NCBI GenBank assembly: GCA_010093705.1
Contig: MU006113.1
Coordinates: 181,165-245,164, forward strand
Direction of reading: 5' to 3'
Source: Patellaria atrata CBS 101060
Taxonomy: Eukaryota
Length of the DNA stretch: 64,000 nucleotides
The notes beneath the pieces were generated by a model that saw nothing but the letters and a program-made list of their open reading frames with translations, was not told where the DNA came from and made no database searches. Shown piece after piece: positions 12,219 to 24,757 of this stretch (positions within the stretch are counted from its first letter, which is position 1; each line of letters begins with the position of its first letter). The translations under genes were made by a program, and so were the position numbers.

Positions 12219-13877
12219 ATGGGGAATACATCATCGACCCAGTTCGTCAAAGAAGGTGGGAGGGTGGCAGCTCAGTCGTTCAAGCCGTGTCACTTGTTTG
12301 GAGACTCCGATCTCTATGGTTTAGGTGTAAGGCTGGGGTTTTACTTGCAATACTTCGCTGCAATTATCGCCATATACTTCATCGCAGTTCAAGAGCTTCG
12401 ACAGCTACGTATTGGTTTGAACATTATAGCAACTGCAATATTCATTGCGTTACTCGTCAACTCGACACAGGATAGTCTTGTAATCCTAGACTGGACGATA
12501 CTGATCCAGCTCGCCCTTGTGTTTCCGGTTTACACGGCACCCGAACTCATCGTGGACAACTATATCGAGTTCAAACTTCGACGCAATATCCCCAATCTTC
12601 CAGAGATTCTAGTTCTGTTGAGTGAGAGAGGGATCGCACATGTTGATGACGCAGTGGCTCTTCATGTACAGAATTTGAGTGATCTGCTAGCATGGGCGCA
12701 GCTAGCACAAGCTGTCCAGGACGCTCGCGAACACCAGCCCAGACTCATGAATCAGTACATCGCAGCGGCGCAACAGTACAGAGAAGGCTATCTTAAACAG
12801 GATCCCAATCGAATGGTCAACAGTATCTTTGCTGCGGACGATAGCGTTAACAGATTACACGCTATCGTAGCACTAGAGACAGATTTTCGCACAATAGAAT
12901 CTCGGATACTTAGCAACAGGGAAGAAGTAGAAAAGTTAATAAAACTCGCAGAGAGTATTGCAAAGGATAAGGAGAAGATGGATCTCTATTATAGAGTGTT
13001 TGAAAGATATTATGAAGAGAACCGCGAAGATAAATTAGCAGAGGAATTCAGCCGTAGCTTTTTGTGGTTGCTTTTGGCACTATTCCTCTTCGTTATGCCC
13101 TGGCTTTACTTCCGTGGTATCAACAATGGAAGAAAAGAAGGTTGTGACGTCAAGATCTTGTTCGTCTTCGCGCCCATCAGCATCTACAACAGTCACTTCG
13201 TCGGATATCTTCGATTTTGTGCCGTGGTTGGGTGTATTATAGGGGTAGTAGCTCTCATGATTAGTTATGCAAACATAAGCAAGTGGAGGGCTACGCTCTA
13301 CCCATCCCGAGATAGATGGGAGAAACTAAGACTCTCCGCGCCTAATTTTGCTGGGCAAACTCAGACGGAAAATCTAAATAACGGGGACCCAAATCAGCTA
13401 CCCCAGCCTACACCTGGGACTGAAAACACCCCACGGCCAGATACTACGTCTGAGTCTAAGACTGAAGAGAGCGCGGTCAGCAAACTCCGGAAAGAAGTCG
13501 AAAATTCCAGGAAGAAATACTTTCGATTGTACGCAATAACGATATGCCCTCTGCTCCTCATAATAACGGTGGTCCTCGTGGAGATGACGTTAAAAGTAAA
13601 TCACCTCGATATGGATCGCTCACCCCTGGAATCTACCAGTCAAATACTATCTTTTGTCATTGGCCTATTCATATCAGTCACCGTCTTGTGGCATTGTTAT
13701 GTGGAGAATATCAAAAGAGAAAATGAAAGTCTGTTAGAACAACTCCTCAAGGTGGGAAACAGAATAGTTCACGGACATGTTCATCCAGGACCAAGACATG
13801 AGCGAACAGACGACGAGGAGCAAGGCTTAGTAGGACAAACTCGGCCTGAAATGAGGCAGGTAGAACTTCAAGCTTAA
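12219..13877 (+). CDS. Uncharacterised multi-pass membrane protein (about 7 TM), intronless
   Basis: 552-aa ORF with N-terminal C...GDSDLYGLGVRLGFYLQ motif, seven hydrophobic segments and two long hydrophilic loops. Confidence 0.85.
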   Translation: MGNTSSTQFVKEGGRVAAQSFKPCHLFGDSDLYGLGVRLGFYLQYFAAIIAIYFIAVQELRQLRIGLNIIATAIFIALLVNSTQDSLVILDWTILIQLALVFPVYTAPELIVDNYIEFKLRRNIPNLPEILVLLSERGIAHVDDAVALHVQNLSDLLAWAQLAQAVQDAREHQPRLMNQYIAAAQQYREGYLKQDPNRMVNSIFAADDSVNRLHAIVALETDFRTIESRILSNREEVEKLIKLAESIAKDKEKMDLYYRVFERYYEENREDKLAEEFSRSFLWLLLALFLFVMPWLYFRGINNGRKEGCDVKILFVFAPISIYNSHFVGYLRFCAVVGCIIGVVALMISYANISKWRATLYPSRDRWEKLRLSAPNFAGQTQTENLNNGDPNQLPQPTPGTENTPRPDTTSESKTEESAVSKLRKEVENSRKKYFRLYAITICPLLLIITVVLVEMTLKVNHLDMDRSPLESTSQILSFVIGLFISVTVLWHCYVENIKRENESLLEQLLKVGNRIVHGHVHPGPRHERTDDEEQGLVGQTRPEMRQVELQA

Positions 13878-15824
13878 GAAAGGAAGACTTCAGAGAACGG
13901 TTTTAAGGATATGATTGAAGATATGCTTATCTGAAGCTAGGAAAGACGACGGAGAATAGTTGTTTCGATTAACTGAAGGTTAGGAAAGATGGAATCATGT
14001 GTTTAGGTGTTAGTATGAGATGAGAAAGGGGAAGCGGAATTGAAATTCTTCTTTGATGCCAAGCCAGTGTGTTACAAACACGAGATTAGATCGTACTAAT
14101 AAGTTAGGCCTTCTTTTATTTTGACATCTGATACCTAACTTCACGGATGGAATTTCATCTACAAATTACAGTCTAACATCGACGAGGGGAGCATTCCATC
14201 GTTTGTAGAGCTGAAGCGGGTCATCCAGTATAAATCAGAGAGTAGATCGACCATACCCATCAAAGGCAGCCGACAAATAAGGACACAAGGGGAAGCTCTA
14301 TTACCACAGGAACGCTACATAGATTTTTACGACATCTTATTTCAGATCTTATGCATCTAAGCCTATTCCAAAAGTATGACGACAAACTGGATAATCGGAT
14401 AGATCAATGATATATTCGATCGGTAAGCCATCATCTTATGAGTTGATAATCAGAAGATCGGGGTAATTAGACTCGGAGAAGGCCCTCCTATCCAAGATGA
14501 TCCAGATTTTCTACATATTCAGCTTCGAAATTCGTGGCTTAAGGTAGCTAATGGTAGCTCTATCATATTATGTCTGCTTGTCATTACCGACATGACCTGT
14601 TACTACCGGCATCTCCTCAGCTGGGCAGTTCAACGCCCAAGAATCGATACTCTAACAACACGAGCTGATTCGTCAAGCCGAATGCTTCTCTCTCCTACCG
14701 AGCTTCTAGATGGATCTTTGTGACAGGTCACCGGGACATAAGGAATTCCAATGTATCTCGAGCGCTCCTAAATAGTTGCTCGTCCTTTTACTATATGCGT
14801 CAATGCAAATCTTATTCCAACATGTTGCCCTCCTGATTTCGAGCTTCAGTTGCACTCTTATATTGCGGCGTACCGTACCATAAGACAGTGCAATCCGCCC
14901 CCTTTCTATTGATATTGCAAGCATGAGCAAGAGGCAAAGGATAGTGTCTGTATCGCCCACTCCGTAATCTACATTTCGAGCTATGGGAAAGGAGAATTCC
15001 GATGCAGATATGTACAATGTCCGATACTCATATTGACTGCATGAAGAGAAGCATCAATCCCCACCATCAGTTCACTACCAAACACTACCAAACCCCCAAT
15101 GATATCGTAATTAGTTATGAATTCTTTCAGGTCTCAACTCTCCATACCGCCTTACCCGCCCCGCCCCACCTCGTTACCCTTGTCGCCCCATCCGCCTCGT
15201 CCAGTCGCCACACTGCTCTATATTAACTCCATATGAAATATTCCGCCAAGACACCAATCTCTCCAACACCTCGCTACCAGTTTCTTTCCCCAGTTGGACA
15301 CTGTGTTCCCTGGTGGCAGTTTTCCGCAAAAAATGTGTTTCGCTTATATTGCATCGTTGGGCGGTTTCCTTGTCTAGATACTGCTCTTGATTTCGCTGCT
15401 GATGTGATGCTAAGAGTAGCTTAGTGATGTGGTGAAGTTTGGTTGAGCATGACAGCGCGTAAAGTGCGTGTATGTATGAGCGGGGCAGGTGTGGATATCG
15501 GGCTCTGTATTGTTATCCGCCTTGCCTATAGTCGGGTACACTATAGAGATTTCGTACAGCGAAGATTTACAGTAGTAGGACGATCTACTCCCTATCGGAC
15601 AAATATCGAGGACCAGAAATCACTCAGCAGGATCCTGCGGTGGGGACCTTCACGGAAGACAGATATTGCGCGAAAATCTCTCAATTTGAATAGATCCTCT
15701 TATCGTAGATTATAGCGTACTATTTGCAACAGGTAAAATGTAGACTAGAAAATCCAGAACGTCCGTCTTTCAACCCGCGCTGCCACCACCCAATAGAACC
15801 CCTGTAGTCTATGCGAAATTGAAT

Positions 15825-17587
15825 CTAAACAACCTGGCGATGCTCCACCCTGGTACCGGTGGGAACTTTCTCAAGGCCGGTAGCATAGTCGCCGTCTTTG
15901 ATAGTATCGATATCGAGTTGGGCAACCTCAGCCTCATCACCGTCGAAGATCTTGGCGATCTCCTCGAGGGTGGGGCCACGGGTCTCAACATAGAGGAAGT
16001 AGACGAAGGTGAGTTCGAAACCGATCCAGCACTATGCATAATCAGTATCCAAGTCAGATATCTCGCAGATAATGTGAGACTTACAGTGTAGATTGTGTAC
16101 AACTTCCAGTTCGGCTTGAGATGATCGAAGCCTAGTGGGTTGACGTACTGGTTGATGACAAGAGCAACCTGAATCCAGAAGTTCATGACCATGAGACCCT
16201 TGGCACGAATCTTGAAGGGGAGAATTTCGACAGTGTATGCAACAAGGAGACCAGACCAAGCGAATGCGTAACATGCGGAGAAGATCCAGATGAAAGCAAC
16301 GACGGCACGGCCGGCAGCTTTATCACCAGTGCGTTGTTGAATGCTTGAGCAAATCGTCCAAAGAATGAACACAATAAGCATACCACCGGTAGCAGCAAGG
16401 AAGAGGGGGCGACGACCGATGCGGTCGCAAAGCATAGCGCAGGTGACCGAGATGAACAAAGACATGATAGTAAGACCACCGTTGAGACCAAGTTGGGTAT
16501 CAGCATCAGTTATGCCAATGCTGTTGAAGACATCGGTAGCATAGTAAGAAACAAGACCGTTGCCGGACCATTGGGAGAAGAGACCGAGGGAGGCAATCAG
16601 GAGAAGTCTGTAACGGTTGCCCTTGGTCTTGAGGAAATCAAGGTAGCTGCTGGTCTTCTTGTATTGGAATTCGAGGCGGAGGGTCTCCTTGATCTCAGCA
16701 AATTCGAATTGGACAGTTGGGTGGTCGGTATTGCCGTTGGCGTGGTACTTTCCGAGCATAGCCAAAGCCTCATCATTGCGGTCCTTGGAGATCAACCATC
16801 TGGGAGATTCTGGGATGAACCAAATGAAGCACAACTGAACGATGGAGGGAAGAGCCTGGATGATGGTGGGGATTCTCCACGACCAATCGCTAGGAATACG
16901 CTTAGTGCCGAAAGTCAACCAGGTGTTAATGATGGCACCAACGTTCCACAAGCAGTTGTAGATGGCAGTAACACGGCCACGATGCTGGGGATGGCAGATT
17001 TCAGTAAGAAGAAGGGGCGAGGACAATTGAGCCATGGAGTTGCCGAAACCCATGAAGAAACGACCAGCCTCAAACATTTCCAAATTTTTTGCGGCACCCT
17101 GAACGGCAGCTGCAACAACCATGATGATACAACCTAGGATGATAGCGAATCGACGTCCATAGTGATCAGCAATGAAAGGTCTGACAAATATTAGCTGGAT
17201 GTTTGATACACGTTCTGTTTGAGATCACATACACAACGGGCAAACTGGCAATAGCACCGATACTGTAGAGGGCGGTCAACAGACCAAGGTTCGAACCACC
17301 TGGGTTGTTGAAGTAGTCTTTCCATGTGTCCAAAATACGGATGTTGTTCAACATAGATCTAAATAGGGAATTAGTAAATACTCCTCATTTCCATCGACGC
17401 AGAATTAGACATACCCATCGTAACCGGTGGTGGCGGAAGCAACACAGATAATGACTGCGTAGAAGTAGAGCTTCCTCAAGCCGGGATCCTTCCTCCAGTT
17501 GACATATTCGAGGTGAGGCGCCTCCGCTTGAGCAATCTGAATCTCCTCCTTATGGGCGGCGCCCTTTACAGGAAGTTTGGGTGCCAT
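15825..17587 (-). CDS. MFS sugar porter, cellodextrin/lactose permease clade, CDT-2-like
   Basis: WRKDPGLRKLYFYA.I.C.ASATTGYDG, EICHPQHR, PESPRWL, YHANG..DHPTVQFEF.EIKET, SQWSGN and ETRGPTLEE match Neurospora CDT-2 as recalled. Introns near 17415-17360, 17233-17182 and 16084-16033. True stop is TAG 15825-15827. Confidence 0.93.
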
Positions 17588-18152
17588 CTTTTGCTCTTAG
17601 TGATGAACTTCTAAAAGAAAGTTCAAAGGAATGAAAGAATCTGTAAAGTAAGAGAGAACGGGAACAGGCCCACTGATATGGTCGATGGGGGTGTTCAGAC
17701 GGACAGGGAGTGAGATGGTGGAGCAGATGTCGAGTTCAAATACTCCTACAGCTTCCCCAAGTCAGATTGATGATTTTGTCCTTGTCGTAGCCATAGAACA
17801 GCCCGGACCGACCCTACCGTAATCTACTCCTCACATGGTACACTTTATGACACTTTACACTCACTTAGTTCCTTACAACCGGTGCTCAGGTTACAGTAAG
17901 GATCATACATGCAGGTCGATCTTAGTGGTAAACAGCTCGCCAACCCTTGAGTAATTCATCGATTGAATCAGTTCAAGAACCAACCAACAGACGTGCCGCT
18001 GGATATCCTGGTCCTGAATCCGGGTAAGACGCTTAGCGTGGAATGGGGAATTGTCTCTTTAGACCACAAGGCGGGATTTTAAGTGGTTCTAAATCATCTT
18101 CTAAGGCTTCTAGAAAAGTATCAGCAGGAGTTGGCAGGAGAAGTACAGATCG

Positions 18153-18796
18153 CGGCTAATTAGGAAGAAAGTGTATGGCCTTGTGTCAGGTGGATCTCGG
18201 ACTGCCCCAGGGCGCAACTAAGACTAAGAAGACGCCCCATGGGGTTCTGCGGCACAACGGCTAATATCTCCAACGCGTTTCTTGGTGGTGAGGGAGTTGT
18301 TCTAGTCGTGAACAAGTGAGAGCGCGTTCGCATTTGCTTGCATATCCTATGGCTTGATGACTGCTCCGGCGAACGGCTCGAGGAGCCGTGAAATATGCAT
18401 CGCTTATTGGTCGTAGGATTGCGCGCCACGTACAGACCTCCCGCTGCCACGTTCCCATTCTGATGGTATCGCTTTGTGGCTTTGATCTTAAATCGACTTT
18501 ACCAACTGTAGCAGCAAAGTCTTCGTTTGTGACTGTGTTGAAACCCGTATTCCTGGAGGAAGAAGGCACTAGTTTTGTCCATCGTGATGGTACGGAAGCA
18601 GATATCTGTCAAACTCGTCAACTCCCTTGAAAGACAAGACACACCTCCGCATTAGGAAATGAAGAAAAAAGGAACTTTCCGTAGATACACTTCTTACACT
18701 AGAGTACCTTACCAAATAATTATTTGAGCCCGAAGTGAGTAGATCGGAGCGAAGTACAGATTGAGGTGAATTACCCCTTGATACCTTGTAGGCTAA
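18153..18796 (+). promoter_or_regulatory. XlnR/XLR-1-type sites upstream of the permease
   Basis: CGGCTAAT at 18153-18160 and 18258-18265 (fits GGCTAA and CGGNTAAW) and GGCTAA at 18791-18796. Confidence 0.5.
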
Positions 18797-21539
18797 GCCG
18801 GAAAAACAGTTAAAGCGGATCTGAACGACATGGTTCATCCACTTTGATGGGCACGATGGGGTCAGGTCAAGAAGGCCCAAGAACAAAATGTCAACTGTCA
18901 AGAACTTCTCTTGCAGAAACAAATTATCTGACATGCATGGCCTCCGAGAGTTACACTACAGTGCTGGATTCGGCTTTCTCGTGATTTCATCCACTGCATC
19001 TAGCCTTTTCACATTGCATAGAGGCGTGTCAGCGCCAGAACCCATCATCAGAAGTCTTGTTTCTGTTGATAGGGGATCAACGCCTCTCGCTTCTCGCCTC
19101 TCTTTGTGTCAGCAGCTTATCAGGAAAAATGTCGATTTGTATCACGCAAGTTTGAATGCTCGCACAGTACATGAGGAGGCGTGTGATGGGCATCGACTTT
19201 GCACTGCTTGTTGGCAGCTTGGCGTCATTGCTATCAAGCTTATCATCCTGATGAGCGGGAGAGGCTTGAATCGATTCATACTCACGACACGAATAGTAAC
19301 CCTTGGTCTCGTATCCCGTCTCCATGGGAGACACTACACACGGTACACGGCGAAGAAATTCCTAGATTCTGAGCAACGTTTCAGGAATTGGCAAACGATC
19401 TTAAGCCATCTTCTGTTCTGACTCGATTTGGTTCCTTCTATCACCCATTCTCCAGTATACGTAATAATAATGAAGACGCAGACGAGGGTAGGAGCTATCC
19501 TACCCACGTCAACCGACTACCCTGTCCGGCCGATATGCTTCCAAGCGTATACAGTACCAGCATAGTGGATTCAATGCACACAATATGAAGCTTTCCAGGC
19601 TAGATAATCTCATAACTTGGGATTTGATGTCTGCTCTCTACGCTTTTCAAATCAATAGAATCTTTGGATTGTTCATTTGGTATTGGTCTGATCCTAGCTT
19701 GCCACCATTGCTCGGACAAGGCAGACTTCAGTAAGACATGCTCCTTTTCATTATTAACTATCATCAAGATGTTCAACAGTCGAGACAGAGGATTGGGGTA
19801 GTGTGACCTCGACTCTTTTTGCTCACATAACCTTCATGCTATCTTAGGACAATCGCCACTGATTTCAATAGTCCACCTACAGCGGCAACAAATGCAAATG
19901 GAGATAACCTTCGATAGCATAGTATTTTCATATCGAGGGCCTATGGGGTTCGAAAAGTAGACCTTGGTCATACTATTCAGATTTTCACATGTTTCTCTTG
20001 CTCGAACTACGACAGCGACACCTCCTAGACCATCTCAATCTCCATGAGACAATGACAAGTTCCCTAGATGTCCAAAAGTCCAGCCATTATTGACCACAAA
20101 TCCTTCCTAATGCAACCAGTCCGCACTGATCCGGTTGACGGCCAGTTTTCCTTCAGAAAGAGAGAAGAATAAGATGATATCATACACCATCGTAACTGCT
20201 CCTGAAAATCAAGTCCCATTAGACCATTCCACGGTATAGTGTGATCATAATACTACTGCGTCGTCTGGTATCTACACTCGTTCAGTAGACATTTGATTTC
20301 CGGATTCTTTTGCACCTTTCTTTGTCAGAGGAGCGAGCCGGAATCCGGCGTCTACTGATCTCCATGTGCAACACCAATAATTGACTATTCTAGGCGGCAC
20401 CTGTATTTCTCCTATGGTTCGTTGTCGAATCTCCTCCCTCCTGAAGGACCATGATCAGTACAGTCCCAGATCCTACCCTCCACACTTGTTATGTTCCTGA
20501 AGATGGAAGGTGGTACATTTGCAAGGCCTTCTAAAGTCGAGGACGGAATACTCAGGCAAGCACCATTAGGAACTGTGGAATTCATGGACTCTCCGTTCAT
20601 CTCGTTGCTCAATCTTTACGAAAATACCGTAGGCCATCAAATACGGCTTAACATGTAATCACCTTCGAAACACAAAAGTACCCTGGGCGACAACTACTAC
20701 ATCCACCGCGAATACCGTATCCAGCTATTCGTGTGGCTATACGTCTGTCTGTCACCTCTACACTTAGGAGCCCAATTCTCTCTTAAAACTAAACTATTAC
20801 AGCGAACGTAGCACTCCGAGCCTCGAGGCTTATCTCAAGGTAACTTCTAACGATCTCATAACATACTGTAGGTTTACAGTGCGGCTTTTCTTCCCTGGGA
20901 TGACCCAGTCACATCTTCATCTAGATATCATTATTCATACGTCCATTGCTTGAATGATCCCGCTGTTTCCATTATATAAAGATCCGCTATTGTATTTTCA
21001 GTTCAATATTAGTTTATGATTCTATCTTGTCTGGCTTCGATCTTAACACGTAACCTTTCCCAATCCATGGCAAACTCAACATCTAGCGTTGATATTTAAA
21101 ACAATGAGAAGGGTTCTATAACCCCAACGATACTGCTAAATGAGATCGTGGTCGCTCTATGCATGGCTCCTCCAGATAACCTTCTTTCCAGAACCTATAG
21201 ATTCAAGCGATTCAACTAAAACGGATAGGAACTCCTGCGATTTACCGATATGACCTCTATACGCAAAACCAACAAATTTCAAGAAGGGGCTCAGTAACTT
21301 GGCCAAAAATCACCAATTTTCAGAAACCTACTTCTGATACCCAGTACCGTCCCCTGGCCTCAGTATCTTCCTAGACTACAGCGGACAGATCCACTAGGAC
21401 GGTTGCAAGCGGAGTTGAAGTAAGCAGACATCGTGGTGGAAATTTTTCTTCAAAATGACATGTGAGTTTACCCCTTCTTCCCAGGGATTTGATCTATCTA
21501 GATGCGTGAAGTACACTAAGTTTATTTTCAGCCTCACAG

Positions 21540-22738
21540 TCAAGGCCAATATTTTCTTACAAAATTCAATCCTTCCCGAATCACCGGCACATCCACCGTA
21601 AAATCATCATCGAACCCATGGCCTCCCGGTTCAAACTTCGCCACGACCGGCGTATCTGGAAACAATCGACCCATCAACTGCACAAAGTGCTCTGTCCCTT
21701 CTACAGGCACCTACCACATAACACAATCAGCACCCCTATCAAACCAGGATTCATCCCACAAACGGAAACTCACCAAATCATCCTCTTTCCCATGCACAAC
21801 CAACACCGGGGGAACACTTCCCGCCTCCCTCTTCACCCTCTCTAGCATCTTAAATGGAAATGCCGCCTCCCTCTCCTCCTTGGTGTCCACGCCTCTTACC
21901 AACCATTTCCCACACAGCCCCTGCAGCCACATTGCCGCCATCATAACCCTCCTCTTCTCCTCCGGCACCGGATCGGAGGCCGAGATTACCAGTCCGTCAG
22001 GTAAGTCTCGCAACCAGGTCTCCACGGCTCCCGGAGCGGGGGTGGGCCAGCTGGGCATAGACAGCGGCTGTGGGGTGTTATACCAAGGGGCCGAAAGGTC
22101 TAGCATCGGATAGTGGAGGACAAGTGCCTTAATACTACAAACCCCACCCTCACCCTCCGCTCTTTCCGTAAGCGCGCGCTGTAACACCAACTGTGTAGCG
22201 ACATACCCGCCCGCGCTCTCCCCCGTGACGAGCACGCGGGAGAGATCAATCTCGAGCCCGGGGCGGAGAGCGTGGAGGTGGGTCGCGAGGGAGGAGTGGA
22301 TCCAGGCCCAGAGATCGCGCAGGTCGGAGAGGATGGCTATCCCGTTGGATTCAGGGAGGAGTTGGTAGTCGGGGCATAGGACGATGGCGGGGGTGGAGTG
22401 CGCGAAGGAGAGGACCCTATTTGATACTGTTAGCACAACCTGCACTTCATATCACACATCACGTGTTATATTGTATATGGGTAAGGGTGGTTAAGCAGTT
22501 GGTGGGGGTAAGGGGACGATAAGGTGGCTTTAAATGCATGTGAGACGCACCACGGAGAAACCCATTCGCAGAGCCGACTCCCGTGCACCAGACTCCCGCC
22601 GTGGAATCTGATCCCCAGCGGGTATTTCCCGGGTGTAATGGTCTTGGGGATCAGGATAGAGGTCAGGACCTCATGGTTTTGGACGGTTTTGTAGGCGACG
22701 TCTGTTATGTCGAAGGGGTGGAATGCTTTGTGTACCAT
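21540..22738 (-). CDS. Alpha/beta hydrolase (HSL-like esterase/lipase), 3 exons
   Basis: HGGSL oxyanion motif, nucleophile GESAGG, HGKEDDL(V)P acid, last exon GGHGFD...RKYWP ending at TGA 21540-21542. Introns about 22550-22418 and 21774-21711. Confidence 0.9.
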
Positions 22739-23056
22739 TGATGTTCTATGCGCTCAAATTGGACGCTGATGGAAAGTTATATCAACATCGTCTAGACGAG
22801 GAGTGAGTGGTACGTGACTTTTAGCTATAAGTAATAACCCAAGGAGGTTCGGTTACAAGGAAATTTCAGGTACGCATGCATATTGACGAAATTAATTTAG
22901 TAGCCCAACCAATGAAGTTAGAAATTTTGAAATCTCTCAGTTCATCTTCATTAGTCAAAGACTAGTTGTTATACATCGCAGTCAGAGTAAATGTGTATAC
23001 AAGCTTTATCCCCCCTTTTACACGTCAAAAAGGTACAGTACCTACAATACCTATGT

Positions 23057-24481
23057 TCAATTCCATCCACTAACACCACCAGCGAACCTCCTGAATACAT
23101 CTAGTGGAAACTGATTCCCAAGTTCAGTGTATCCAGCAACATTAGGATGCAAGTAATCGCCCGAATCATACATCGGATTCAGCTGTTGCGGAATCGCCGG
23201 ATCTCTCAAGATCTTATCGAAATCGATCACAGCATCGAACGCACCGCTAGTCCTGATCCACCTATTAACCTTCTGTCTAGCCGCCTCGCGCGTGGGATGG
23301 CTGTACGGTTGGAAAGTCACATTCGAAGGTGCCATGAAGGGTGTAATCGTAGCACCGAAAACAGGAATACCGAAAGTATGAATGCGTATGATCATCTGTT
23401 TGTACGCTTGAATGACTCGGTCGGCGACGGCTTGTTGAGCTTCGGTGGTTGCTTCTGCTGTGCCGAGGTCGTTTACACCCTCGAAGATCATGGTATATTT
23501 GACGCCGGACTGGGCGAGTACGTCCCGGTCGATGCGGCTCCAAGCATTTGGACCTAAACCGTCTGCGAGGATGCGGTTACCTCCCGCAGCTTGATTGATG
23601 ACTGCGATCGAAGATGTGAAAGGATTATTCTGCATCTTTGCCAACACAAGGTCCGGCCAGCTACTCCGGATTAGCAATGAGTTCAGAGATTACGGTATGA
23701 AAAAAAAACAAACCGGTTGTTGGCGTTGTTTGTACTGCCTCGACCGTCTGTGATACTATCACCAATGATGGCGAAGGTACGGACATTGGCTGGGACCCAT
23801 GCTTCAACTGCACTGATGAAGTACCAATGAGCAGCGCTCTGGGTATTTGGGTCGGTGATTGTGAGATCCGCTTTCGAAACCTCATTACCGAAGGACCACC
23901 AGGAAGTGGTTCGGCTTCCCGGATGGGACGTAATAGCATTCCCAAGTTGACCTCGCTCGAGATATATCGAGATCGTCAGTATCGACTGACCTTTCACCGG
24001 AAAGTCGATGGGATCCGAGACTGCAAGAGCGCCATTGGGAACCGTGATCGAATCGCTTCCGCTGAAAGTCAACTTCTTAACAGTTCGCGGATTGATCGTG
24101 CTGATTCCGGCAGTTTGGTTGGAAGGTAAAGCAACTGTTACAGCTGTGATAGGCAAATCGGTACCACCAAATGCATTCGATATTCTGAACCGCAACTGTC
24201 TGGCCGCAATTGATGCCTTTATTGTCTGGCGTACAGTGGCTCCAACGAAGACCGAGCCCGTCTGATTCTATAACGAGATGAGCACAATGCAACTCATTAT
24301 TGTAAGGAGGAAAACACACATATGGCGCCGGGGGGAGGTTAGCAGGCTCAGTAAGCTGTGGCATAGAAGCCCAGATATCTGTCCAGTGACCGCCCGCAAT
24401 GTATGGCTGCGACGGTAAACCACTGACAATAACTGAAAATAGTAGGCCTAGTACAAGGCTCATCATCATCTTTGCGGCCAT
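23057..24481 (-). CDS. Secreted SGNH/GDSL hydrolase with N-terminal beta-rich domain, 3 exons
   Basis: Signal peptide from ATG 24481, WASMPQLTEPANLPPAP, block I GDSITDG, block II GGNR, block III EGVNDLG, block V DYLHPN. Confidence 0.93.
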
Positions 24482-24701
24482 GATGATGGTCAATTGTTCA
24501 CTGTACAGGATAGTCACAAGAAACTAGGGGAGTGCGTGGATTTATTAAGGTCCCTCGCCGCATACCCGGCTATGATGCCTGCACTCATCTAAAGGATAAT
24601 GAATCATTATTAATTCACATCGGATCAACCTGGCTTTTTCCATAGGAGATTGGAGATGTGGCATAGGACGACGGCAATCCAGCGAAGAGCCTCAACATTT
24701 A

Positions 24702-24757
24702 CCGGGGAATTATCCGGTGGGGCTTCTGGAAGAATGATAGAAGATCGAAATGTGGGG
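24702..24757. promoter_or_regulatory. CGG-N8-CCG (ClrB-type) site overlapping CreA-type sites upstream of the SGNH gene
   Basis: CGG GGAATTAT CCG at 24703-24716, CCGGGG 24702-24707, GTGGGG 24717-24722 and 24752-24757. Confidence 0.4.

Noticed and set aside
12219..12236. MGNTSS N-myristoylation-like start of the 7-TM protein
   Set aside because: Conflicts with the inferred N-out topology and is equally read as an N-glycosylation sequon. Undecidable from sequence.
18888..19421. 177-aa ORF upstream of the permease
   Set aside because: No motifs and a composition typical of non-coding open frames.
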